The notes beneath the pieces are model-generated. The model was not told the DNA's origin and searched no databases. It worked only from the letters and a program-made list of their open reading frames with translations. A DNA stretch of 64,000 bases from Sedimentisphaerales bacterium (GTDB lineage Bacteria; Planctomycetota; Phycisphaerae; Sedimentisphaerales; SM23-30): positions 96,001 through 160,000 of the forward strand of contig CAXXFK010000028.1 of assembly GCA_963663965.2 (NCBI GenBank), read 5' to 3'. Made by a program: the position numbers and the translations under genes. Below, piece after piece: positions 39,167 through 48,674 of this stretch (within the stretch, counting starts at the first letter, position 1; every line of letters begins with the position of its first letter).

Positions 39167-42100
39167 ATGAGGAACTTAGAGATGGTCAGAAAATCTATTC
39201 TGTTATTAGTGTTATTATTTAATGCTATAGCGGTGTTCCCGCTTCTTTCTCAAACTGTCATTCCTGTCTCAGACGCTGTTACTACGTCTGTGCCTATTGT
39301 TGCTGGCGATGGTATTAAGTGTGATATCTTTCTCGGACTAGGTGGTGGAACTGTAGATGAAGCCAGGCAGAACGCTGTAGAAGCCGCAACATATGATGCG
39401 ACTTTGTTGAGCCCATATATCGATTTTCCAAGTACTGGAAATACAGTTACGATAAGTGCTAGTTCTTTTGCTGGATTTTTTAGTAATACGATCTATGCTC
39501 CTGACTCTGTTAGGACTCTACTGCCAAGCGGGTTCATTCTTAGATGTACAGCTCTTTTGAAAGTAACTAAAGACCTTGACATTGATACTTCGACAGATGC
39601 TATCGATTTAAGAATAGATGTTGGTTCTGATGATGGATACAGGCTTGTTGTTGGTGGTAATGTATTGGGTTACTGTGGAGATAGAGGATTTGGCTGGTCT
39701 TACCATTCAGTTTCGTTTGAGAGTGAAGGGTTATATGAGCTATATTTCCTGTTTTCGGCTAATAATTCCAGCTATAGTGGCGTTGACCTAAAATGGTATG
39801 TCAATAATGGTGGAACTTTGGTTCAGCAGTTTATACCGCAGAGTGTGTTATATCAGACTCAGGCAGGCTGCAGCTACCAGGTTGAATTTGATGATCTTGC
39901 TGCCGGAACAGCTCTTTTTGACCAGTATTCCAGCCAGGGTGGAATGTTTTTTGTGTTGGGTGGTAATATTCAAGTAACAGATAGTTATCCAGAAGATTTT
40001 GTGCCGGTAAGTGGTAGTAACGTTCTGGCAGATCCGAATAATCCGCCGACAGAGCCAGGGATCCTTATGGTTAGCTTTGTTGATCCTTCTGATAATGAAC
40101 CGGCGACGGTGAGGTATTTTAGTACGTATGTGATAGATGCAGAGGATGATGGCGCTGTTCTGACAGCATTTGATGTCTCAGGTGATGTGATTGATACTGT
40201 ATCTGTTCAGGGGACTGGCGGAGCTTCACAATATCAGGCAGTATTTGATAATGTCGGTGATATTGCATATGTGATGATCTTCTTAGGTAGTACGACTGAT
40301 GCTTGTGCTTTGGATAAAATGTGCTGGGCAGAGCCGCAGGAAATAATGCTTCCTGATATCTCGATGGATACCCTGACTACCGCAGTAAAAGGCTGGGGAG
40401 CCGGGACAATAGCGACAACTCTGACCGTTAGTAATACAGGGAAGAGTTTGGTCTCTGGCTTTGATGTTTCTTATTACTTATCTGATGATAATGTTTTAGA
40501 TGTAGATGATACCTATTGTGATATTGTCACTATTGGTGCGAGTATCGCCGCTGGTGAGACTGTAGTTGTGCCGGTAGATGTTCAATTGCCGGATGATATA
40601 TCTGGTGATAAATGGTTGATAGCAGTAGCTGATGAAGCCGGAGCTGTGGTGGAGTTTCCTGATAACAGCTCAAATACTGTTGTTTCCAGTTCGTCGTTTG
40701 TAACTGCTACAGATCATGAACCACCTGTGGTATATTCACATAAGCCGGATTCGCTGGTTCACCCTGGTGTTTCTAGTATAGAGTTTGAGCTGTCGGCTGA
40801 TATCGATCCTAATACTGTTGTTGCAGATAATATTTACCTTGCTGATCCTGACGGCATAGAAGTAGAACTTATTAGTGTCTTCGATGATGCGGATTCCTGG
40901 GTAATAACTTTCATAAAACAGAAGACAGAGGGTGCTTATACCTTTATTTTAAGTGCTGGCATTACAGATATGGCAGGTAATCCGTTGGATGGTAACCTGG
41001 ACGGTGTCGGAGGGGATGACTTTATCTCTGGTTTTGAGATTACCTCTGAACCTATTCAAACATCATTACATAACTGGGAACAGCATGGCCCTGTTGGAAA
41101 TGGTAACTGGACAGTGTCTGCTGATGGCAGTACTGTGTATCAATCAATAAATGGCAATCCTACTTTCTTTATTAGTGATTTTGAACTTACAAATTCCAGA
41201 TTTGAAGGTACATTCTCAACCTCAGATGGTGATGATGACTTTATGGGTTTTGTATTTGCATTCAATGATCTTGATGAGGATGTTGTTACACTCGATCAGC
41301 CGTTTTATCTGTTCCAATGGAAACAAAATAATCAGAGTAGCGGAGAGAGAGGGTTTAAGTTAATAAAAGTAATTAACCCTGTTTCGTATGATTACTGGAA
41401 TGCAGAAACAGATGCTAATGCAACTGTTTTACATACTAATTTATCCGTTGGTTGGGTTAGAAATGTTCAATATTACTTCTCATTATCCTATAAGCCGGAA
41501 GAGGGCGAAATGCGAGTAATCGTTAAGCCTGCGGCTGATTCATTGCCAGAAGATTATATTTATGATAGTGGCCTGATCGTTGATACTGATCCATTGGGAA
41601 CAGGCAGGGTAGGTTTCTATAACTATTCACAGGCTAAGGTAACTTACTCAGGCTTTAGCTCATCTGCATTATTGCCGCCAGTAGCTGATGCAGGGGGACC
41701 ATATACTTTTGATGTTAATACTTCTGAGATCACTCTGTCAGCATTGAACAGTAATGACCCGGATGGCACATTTACCGGGTTTGACGGTATTGTCGATGTA
41801 CAGTGGGATTTGGGCAGTGATGGTATTGATGATCTTGATCTTGCACTGGTTAATGGTGAAGAAGCGATTTCAATTGATACCGCTATAGCAAAGGGCTTAA
41901 CTGTTGCTGACTACCTTCCTGTTACCCTAACTATTTACGATGAAGATAATCTTTCATCAACCACGACAACAAGAATTTATTATAGCAGTGTAATGCCTGT
42001 AATAGCAGCAAATGGGCCATATGGTCCGGTTGACCCGGATGGTTCTTTGACTTTGGCTGGTTTCGCTGACGACGATGACCTTTATGTGAGTGTTGGTGAG

Positions 42101-45100
42101 TCGCTGAAGATAGAGTGGGATACATCAGCTGCTGCTTCTGCCAGTGATATAGGAAATGGTTTTGCTTCTACTTTAGATGCTGAAATAAGTTACGCTGATC
42201 TGGTAAATATTTATAAGGCATATGGTGATACAATATATCTGAATGTGGCGGATGCTGCCGGGCTTGTCGCTAGTGTTTCTACTGTATTTTCAATAGCAGC
42301 TCCAGATATTAAAGGTGAGTCTGCCCAGGTTGGTTCATTTGTTGTTGCTGGCGAGTCTATGGATATTAGCTGGTCTGGATTAAATGCCAGCAGTGTGCCA
42401 ACTCCTCAAGGAAAGTGGCGTGATAAGCTCATACTGCATGATAATGCTGTTTATGGCGATGGCAGTGAATATACTGTACTGGCGAATGTTAACCGTATAT
42501 ATGATACAGCCGTAGGCAGATGGGAATCATATCAGAATCTGGCTACAGTAAACTTCCCTTCAACAGGGGTTACAGGGCAGAGATACTTATTCATTGAGCT
42601 TGACAACAATGATAGTCTGTATGAAACTAATGAATCTAATAACATTATGGGACCGTTCCCGATTTTTATACAGCCAGCACCTGTAGCTGATCTTGATGTG
42701 ATAAACTTTGAGTTCCCGGCTACCGTTGTTACTGGCGGCACTGCACTGGCAAGCTGGTCTGTTCTTAACTCTGGAACAGGTGTTACTGCTACTACTGCAG
42801 GTGTCACGGTTGACAGCTGGGTAGATAAGGTGGTCTTAAGTACTGATACTGTAGTTAGTGCAAATGATATTATTCTGGCTAATGCTTCTATTAGCGGGCC
42901 GGTTACACCTGGTGACAGCTACAGTAATAGTACAACTATAATTATTCCGCCTACTCTTGATGCTGGGGATTATTATGTTATTCTATCTGCAGATGTTAAT
43001 AACAATGTTTACGAAGATGGTATTGAAAGTAATAATGTTGCAGTTCTGGATCACCTTGTATCTGTTAGCAAGCCGGAAGGCGATTATATTGGTCCTAAGA
43101 TCATTTCGCAGATTCCATCTGGCACAATTGATACTGAATTCTCTGAAATGGTTCTGGAATTCAATGAACCGATCAATACCGCAACATTAAGTGTTGCTGA
43201 TATGCTTCTGGTTGGCCCTGGCAATGAGACTATTACAGTAAATGATATCTCAGTTGATACTAATGGTTCACTTGTTACGATCAGTTTTGATACACAGGTG
43301 TCAGAAGGTCAATATGCTCTGAGGTTTGGACCATTTGTTGCAGACCTTTCTGGTAACTGGATGGATCAGAATGAAAATCTATATGCTGGTGAACAGCCGG
43401 AAGATATATATGAATCTAAATTCACATTGATATATCCAGAAACTCCGGATACTATACCTCCTCATATTATTTCATATAGTCCTGTTTCTAGCTATGATTC
43501 TATCAGGTATGTCGAGGTGATATTTAGTGAGCTTATGGATGGTTCTTCAATAGACTATGAATCGTTTATAATTAAAAATCCGATTGGCGGACTTATCTCT
43601 GGTATTGGTGCTCAGTATTACGGCAATAACAAATACAGAATTTATATCCCTGAGCAGGATAGTATTAACGGTGAATATACCTTATATATTCAGCCTGAAA
43701 TGACAGATACTTCTGGCAACTTCCTGGACCAGGACGGTAATGGTATCGGCGGTGAAGGCAGCGATGTGTTTTCTGGTACGATAACACTGAGTATTCCACC
43801 GGATGTAACTGGTCCAAGTGTTGAAGGTTATGGTCCTACCTATAGTAACCTTGCAATCAGTTCATTTGATATTGGCTTCTCTGAGCCGATTCTTTTCGAA
43901 TCTGATTTGCTGCATAGTTCATTTACTGAAAGTGATATTACTGTTTGGGGACCATCTGGTGAAGTTATACCTGTGACTGTAACTCAGCAGGATCCTCATG
44001 TTTTCACTATATCATTTAGCGAATGGACTCAGGAAGGTATCTATACTTTTGCTGTTGGTCCTGATATCAAAGACAGGGCAGGCAACCTGATGGATCAGAA
44101 TAAAAATGGTACTAATGGTGAAGCTTCAGATGTGTTCAACGGCAGTGTACAGCTAGAGTTTGTATATGATGTTGTTGGACCTGTTGTTATGTCTGTTTCA
44201 CCTGGCTATGTTTATGAAGAGCTGGATAGTATTGAAGTTCGTTTTTCTGAGGCAGTAAAACAGTCGACTGTTTCAACCGCAGACTTTGAACTTATTGCTC
44301 CAGATGGCAGCTCTGTTACCGGTTTTGCCCTAACTCGTGTAAGTGATACTCGCTACAGATTAGATTTCAGCCCGATCAAGGCACTTGGTGATTATGTTCT
44401 GAACATAGGACCATATATTACGGATGTGTCAGATAACCTGATGAATCAGGATCAGGACTCTATAAATGGAGAGCCGACCGATGACTATTATAGCCGTACG
44501 ATTCAGATTCTAGGTGTTCCAGACTTTGCTATAAGCAGTTTTAATGCTCCTACTATCGGTGATAGCGGTGATGATATTGAAGTGTCTTATACGGTTTCTA
44601 ATATTGGAACTGGGGCTTTGCTCAATGGTTCGTGGAATGACCGTATTGTACTTAGCTCGGACAATATTCTGGGTAATTCTGACGATCAGACATTGCCGGT
44701 TAATCCTTCTGGTGCATATAATGGTGGTTTGAGTAAAGGCCAGAGCTATTCAGCTGACGGCTTGCTTGTGACTATTCCGGAGAGTGCCCATGGTAATTAT
44801 TATCTGTTTGTTCAGACCGATTACTCTGGCAATATTACAGAAACCAACGAAGGTAATAATTATTCAGTAAGATCGATAAATATCCGCAAACAGGATATTG
44901 GTCTGAATGCAGTTGATATCAGCTTTAACCCGGTATCGCCATCTGAAAGTCAGGACTTTACCGTCTCTGTTAAAGTCCATAACTATGGCGATGATGACAT
45001 TGTAACTGATGTTGTTGTTTATGATGGTGCAGTTGCTACAGGCACCATAATTGAAACTATTACAGGGGTACTGGTTGAAGCGGGCTCTGTTAATTCAGTT

Positions 45101-47959
45101 ACAACTGGAGCATATAGTATAGCTACCGCAGGCGGCAGGATCATAACCGCTGTTCTGCAGAATATTACTCCAGATGATGATGTAGCATCTAATAATAAAG
45201 CGGCCAGGAAGATCATTATTGGCCCTCCAGGATATGACCTTGATATCTCATTTAGTGGGTTTGATACCTGGGTTGGTGCTACTTTGGATGTACCTGTTAT
45301 GCTGCTGAACTCCGGTGCAAATCAGATACATGTGACAAATATTGTTTTAAGCGGTGCCGCTGGTTCTTGGTTCACATTCAAGCAGGATGTTACTGATATT
45401 GTATTGAACTCTAATGAAGCAAAAGTCCTGATGGCTGAGCTTAATGTGCCAGACAGCAGTGTTCTGACTATTACGGATTATGAAGCATTTAGTGCTAAAA
45501 TAGATGTTATTACGTTGCAGGGGACATATAGTAAGTCTGCGACATTAAATGTTTACAGCGAAGCGGCCAGTACTCTGAATATTACGGTTGTGGAAAAAGA
45601 TACAAATGTGCCACTGCCGAATACTCTTGTTATGCTTGGTAGTCAGCAGGGTGAGTTCTATACAGACCATAATGGCTTTGTTGCTATACCTGCTAAGCCA
45701 GGTGTCGATGAACTGTTCGCATATAAAGAAGATCATTATCCTAAGGCCGATGTTATCGAACTGGCAGCTGGTGATAATTCATATACCTTTGAGTTAACTG
45801 AAGGTCAGCCGCTGGAGGTTCAGTCTGTAAATGTCAGACCGCTTACCGGCCAGGAAGTGCTGGACAGAGGTGTAGATATTACAGATCCTGTGAATAACTG
45901 GGTATTTGATTTTGAGATCAGGCTGAAGGTTGAAAGTATTGTAGTTCCTAATATAGTTGCTCCTGTTGGTGGTGGTAATGTATCGTTTGTCAGGTATGTA
46001 TCGGGCGGTTACACTGGTGGAGGTGGTTATAGTGGTGGCTACACTGTTATAGGCTCTATCGAATATCATCCGACACCAATAGAGGTTGAAGCTAAGACAG
46101 AAACATATATTATTATTCCTGGTGATGTCAGATTGCTTAAACAGTTCTTTGATGTTACTGCTGTAATTATAAATAATTCAGAGTCTCCGCTACCAGAACT
46201 GATCACTATTGAAGAAACCGAAGCAGAGATCAAGCTTCCAAATGGACTGGCACTGCCAGAGCTGTTTGGCGTTCCTCAGCCGGAAGTTTTACCAGTTGGT
46301 GATGAAGGTGTTTTGCAAGCCGGCGAAGTTGGTCAGGCCTCTTGGGTTGTTCGTGGCGATGTCACAGGTGTTTATCAGGTAACTGTTGATGCTTCTGGTG
46401 AATTGTACTTTAATCCAAGCGGCGGTGACCCGCAGCATATTACGACGCTTGCTGCTACTGGTACCAGTGATGAGTTCGAAGTTGTCGAGCAGACAATTGC
46501 TATGGACTTCAATGGCCCAAGTATGGTTCGCAGCGGTCAGGAATTTGATATTGATATCGTAGTTACCAATACATCTTCGGTTCCGGCTTACTTTGTCAGA
46601 ATGGGACTTGATGCTCGCTATATGCAGAAAGCTCACCTTGCAGATGGTGAAAATGAGGCTAGAAGCCTTGGTGATCTGGAACCTGGTGAGAGTGCTACTG
46701 CTACCTATAGAATGGTAAGTGAAGTAACTGGTATTGTAACTTTTGGTCAGATACTATATGACTCTATTGGTTCAAGTCCGGTTGGCGGCAGCGGTGATTC
46801 TGCAGATAATAATGCTCAGATCATGGCTTATATTACTTCGACTTCAGGCATTGGCCCTGTTATCCCTGAGATACCTGAAGGCAGTATTTTGCCGGGTGAT
46901 GGTGCTGTGGTAAATAGTCCGCAAGTTTCAAGTTCTGTAGGAATATTGGAGTTTGGTGCCGATGTAGCCGATGCTATAGGTGATTCTGAAACAATTGTAC
47001 TGGCCGGTGACGATTCCAGTCTGCAGTTTGGTCAGGAAATAGGGGATGGCCCTTACGGCTATAATGATGTTGATATCTATAAAATAGAGCTGACAATGGG
47101 TACTGTTTTACATGTTGATATAGATGCTCAGGAATATGACAGCACGCTGGTTTCTAAGGTCAGGCTGTTTGATGATAATGGTGTCGAAATAGTAGCTAAT
47201 ACTAATGCACCGGACCCTGAAACAGGTTTTGTTCTTGATCCGGCATTTAGCGAGTTCCTGCCGTCAGGTATATACTATATCTGTGTTAGCAGTGCTGATA
47301 ATGATGTTTATGTTCCAGAAACCGCTGACAGCGGAACAGGTATTAGTGAAGTTGAAGCCAATGTCGGACCATACCTGCTGTATATTAGTAAGGGCCAGGA
47401 GTTGCCTGGTGATCTTGACGGCGATGGTGATATTGATCTGGCTGATAGAGATCTGTTCAATTCGACATTTGGTAAATATGAATCAGAAGCAGGCTATATT
47501 TCCAGGGCAGATCTTGATTCTGATGGGCAAATTACTATGAATGATTATCAGACCTGGCTGGAACTATTTAATCAGTATGATGGTTCGCTAGGGTATATTA
47601 CTGGTGACATAAATAGAGATGGACAGGTTGACTTGACTGATAAAGACTTGTTCATGGCGGCATTTGGCAAGTATGCCGGTCAGGCAGGCTATAATTATCT
47701 GGCAGATGTTTACCCAGATGGTGTGATCTCTGTTAGAGATTATCAGATATGGCTTGATATTTATAATGCTTATGATTCGGATTCTGGAATTGAGGCAATT
47801 GTAATTGATGACATAATTGATATGTCAGAATTTGCAGATATTGCTGCTAATTGGATGGCATCAGATTGCTCTGACAATTGTAATGGCGGAGATTTCTCTG
47901 GTGACCATAGTGTTGATTATGAAGATCTTTATATGCTATTGGATAGCTGGTTAAAATAA
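39167..47959 (+). CDS. Giant 2930-aa surface protein: PA14-like, CARDB repeats, SbsA/Big_5-like Ig repeats, thrombospondin-C-like domain, PKD-like, PPC-like, tandem dockerins
   Basis: GSDDGYRL (PA14-like); ETNESNN/ETNEGNN CARDB ends; five FSE..GP.ITD.SGN.MDQ-type repeats; DDDFMGFVF; PPVADAGGPY; DVDIYKIEL..G.YYI.VS; GDLDGDGDIDLAD..ADLDSDGQITMND and GDINRDGQVDLTD..ADVYPDGVISVRD. Confidence 0.88.
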   Translation: MRNLEMVRKSILLLVLLFNAIAVFPLLSQTVIPVSDAVTTSVPIVAGDGIKCDIFLGLGGGTVDEARQNAVEAATYDATLLSPYIDFPSTGNTVTISASSFAGFFSNTIYAPDSVRTLLPSGFILRCTALLKVTKDLDIDTSTDAIDLRIDVGSDDGYRLVVGGNVLGYCGDRGFGWSYHSVSFESEGLYELYFLFSANNSSYSGVDLKWYVNNGGTLVQQFIPQSVLYQTQAGCSYQVEFDDLAAGTALFDQYSSQGGMFFVLGGNIQVTDSYPEDFVPVSGSNVLADPNNPPTEPGILMVSFVDPSDNEPATVRYFSTYVIDAEDDGAVLTAFDVSGDVIDTVSVQGTGGASQYQAVFDNVGDIAYVMIFLGSTTDACALDKMCWAEPQEIMLPDISMDTLTTAVKGWGAGTIATTLTVSNTGKSLVSGFDVSYYLSDDNVLDVDDTYCDIVTIGASIAAGETVVVPVDVQLPDDISGDKWLIAVADEAGAVVEFPDNSSNTVVSSSSFVTATDHEPPVVYSHKPDSLVHPGVSSIEFELSADIDPNTVVADNIYLADPDGIEVELISVFDDADSWVITFIKQKTEGAYTFILSAGITDMAGNPLDGNLDGVGGDDFISGFEITSEPIQTSLHNWEQHGPVGNGNWTVSADGSTVYQSINGNPTFFISDFELTNSRFEGTFSTSDGDDDFMGFVFAFNDLDEDVVTLDQPFYLFQWKQNNQSSGERGFKLIKVINPVSYDYWNAETDANATVLHTNLSVGWVRNVQYYFSLSYKPEEGEMRVIVKPAADSLPEDYIYDSGLIVDTDPLGTGRVGFYNYSQAKVTYSGFSSSALLPPVADAGGPYTFDVNTSEITLSALNSNDPDGTFTGFDGIVDVQWDLGSDGIDDLDLALVNGEEAISIDTAIAKGLTVADYLPVTLTIYDEDNLSSTTTTRIYYSSVMPVIAANGPYGPVDPDGSLTLAGFADDDDLYVSVGESLKIEWDTSAAASASDIGNGFASTLDAEISYADLVNIYKAYGDTIYLNVADAAGLVASVSTVFSIAAPDIKGESAQVGSFVVAGESMDISWSGLNASSVPTPQGKWRDKLILHDNAVYGDGSEYTVLANVNRIYDTAVGRWESYQNLATVNFPSTGVTGQRYLFIELDNNDSLYETNESNNIMGPFPIFIQPAPVADLDVINFEFPATVVTGGTALASWSVLNSGTGVTATTAGVTVDSWVDKVVLSTDTVVSANDIILANASISGPVTPGDSYSNSTTIIIPPTLDAGDYYVILSADVNNNVYEDGIESNNVAVLDHLVSVSKPEGDYIGPKIISQIPSGTIDTEFSEMVLEFNEPINTATLSVADMLLVGPGNETITVNDISVDTNGSLVTISFDTQVSEGQYALRFGPFVADLSGNWMDQNENLYAGEQPEDIYESKFTLIYPETPDTIPPHIISYSPVSSYDSIRYVEVIFSELMDGSSIDYESFIIKNPIGGLISGIGAQYYGNNKYRIYIPEQDSINGEYTLYIQPEMTDTSGNFLDQDGNGIGGEGSDVFSGTITLSIPPDVTGPSVEGYGPTYSNLAISSFDIGFSEPILFESDLLHSSFTESDITVWGPSGEVIPVTVTQQDPHVFTISFSEWTQEGIYTFAVGPDIKDRAGNLMDQNKNGTNGEASDVFNGSVQLEFVYDVVGPVVMSVSPGYVYEELDSIEVRFSEAVKQSTVSTADFELIAPDGSSVTGFALTRVSDTRYRLDFSPIKALGDYVLNIGPYITDVSDNLMNQDQDSINGEPTDDYYSRTIQILGVPDFAISSFNAPTIGDSGDDIEVSYTVSNIGTGALLNGSWNDRIVLSSDNILGNSDDQTLPVNPSGAYNGGLSKGQSYSADGLLVTIPESAHGNYYLFVQTDYSGNITETNEGNNYSVRSINIRKQDIGLNAVDISFNPVSPSESQDFTVSVKVHNYGDDDIVTDVVVYDGAVATGTIIETITGVLVEAGSVNSVTTGAYSIATAGGRIITAVLQNITPDDDVASNNKAARKIIIGPPGYDLDISFSGFDTWVGATLDVPVMLLNSGANQIHVTNIVLSGAAGSWFTFKQDVTDIVLNSNEAKVLMAELNVPDSSVLTITDYEAFSAKIDVITLQGTYSKSATLNVYSEAASTLNITVVEKDTNVPLPNTLVMLGSQQGEFYTDHNGFVAIPAKPGVDELFAYKEDHYPKADVIELAAGDNSYTFELTEGQPLEVQSVNVRPLTGQEVLDRGVDITDPVNNWVFDFEIRLKVESIVVPNIVAPVGGGNVSFVRYVSGGYTGGGGYSGGYTVIGSIEYHPTPIEVEAKTETYIIIPGDVRLLKQFFDVTAVIINNSESPLPELITIEETEAEIKLPNGLALPELFGVPQPEVLPVGDEGVLQAGEVGQASWVVRGDVTGVYQVTVDASGELYFNPSGGDPQHITTLAATGTSDEFEVVEQTIAMDFNGPSMVRSGQEFDIDIVVTNTSSVPAYFVRMGLDARYMQKAHLADGENEARSLGDLEPGESATATYRMVSEVTGIVTFGQILYDSIGSSPVGGSGDSADNNAQIMAYITSTSGIGPVIPEIPEGSILPGDGAVVNSPQVSSSVGILEFGADVADAIGDSETIVLAGDDSSLQFGQEIGDGPYGYNDVDIYKIELTMGTVLHVDIDAQEYDSTLVSKVRLFDDNGVEIVANTNAPDPETGFVLDPAFSEFLPSGIYYICVSSADNDVYVPETADSGTGISEVEANVGPYLLYISKGQELPGDLDGDGDIDLADRDLFNSTFGKYESEAGYISRADLDSDGQITMNDYQTWLELFNQYDGSLGYITGDINRDGQVDLTDKDLFMAAFGKYAGQAGYNYLADVYPDGVISVRDYQIWLDIYNAYDSDSGIEAIVIDDIIDMSEFADIAANWMASDCSDNCNGGDFSGDHSVDYEDLYMLLDSWLK

Positions 47960-48010
47960 ATAATAAGGGAAAATAATTAGTTGAAAGATAAAGATGTGAG
48001 GTTGAAAATC

Positions 48011-48565
48011 ATGAATAGATCATTTATTCACAAATTGGTATTAGTTGTTGTGCTTGTTACTGTTCCTGTATTGTATTCAGCATTAATAGATATTACTGTT
48101 AATACTGACGATACAACAATTCCTGAGATTGGCCAGGAATTTCAGATAACTATCGTTGCTGATATTGACGAATCCAGTTCGATCATCAGCTGGGGGTTGG
48201 ATCTGAATATTGATCCGGAGTATCTTGAAATTGTTGGACCTATTGAAACAGGGGACTACTGGCTGAGTGTTAACAGCAGTGTAGGTGATGGTGACGGCTT
48301 AGCCGGCCTGTCATTTCCAAATGCAGTTAGTGGCGATAAGGTCGTTCTTTTTGTTGTTACCCTGAAAGCTATTAAGCAGGGCGTTACAGATATTACTGTT
48401 ACATATGATGACCTGGAATATTTCGAAGGCTTCTGGCTGCAGGGAGCTGGAAATGGTTATGTAACGGATGTTAAACTTAGTGGTCAGGATATGACTATAC
48501 TGCCTGAACCTGCAACAATTGTTCTGCTTGGCTCTGGCTTATTGATCTGTATGAAAAGAAAGTAA
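48011..48565 (+). CDS. Cohesin-like domain PEP-CTERM protein
   Basis: Signal peptide; IGQEFQITIVAD..IISWGLDLNIDPEYLEIV...SGDKVVLFVVTLKAIKQGVTDITV (cohesin-like beta-sandwich pattern); LPEPATIVLLGSGLLICMKRK. Confidence 0.75.
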   Translation: MNRSFIHKLVLVVVLVTVPVLYSALIDITVNTDDTTIPEIGQEFQITIVADIDESSSIISWGLDLNIDPEYLEIVGPIETGDYWLSVNSSVGDGDGLAGLSFPNAVSGDKVVLFVVTLKAIKQGVTDITVTYDDLEYFEGFWLQGAGNGYVTDVKLSGQDMTILPEPATIVLLGSGLLICMKRK

Positions 48566-48608
48566 GGCATACGGCCTGGTAAAGCTGTATTTTCCTGATA
48601 ATATAATA

Positions 48609-48645
48609 AAGCCAATCACAAGGTTGTTTTTGTGATTGGCTTATT
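48609..48645. terminator. Bidirectional terminator between convergent genes
   Basis: AAGCCAATCACAA-GGTTGTTT-TTGTGATTGGCTT. Confidence 0.8.
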
Positions 48646-48674
48646 CTTGTTTATATTATATGTGAATAAATAAT

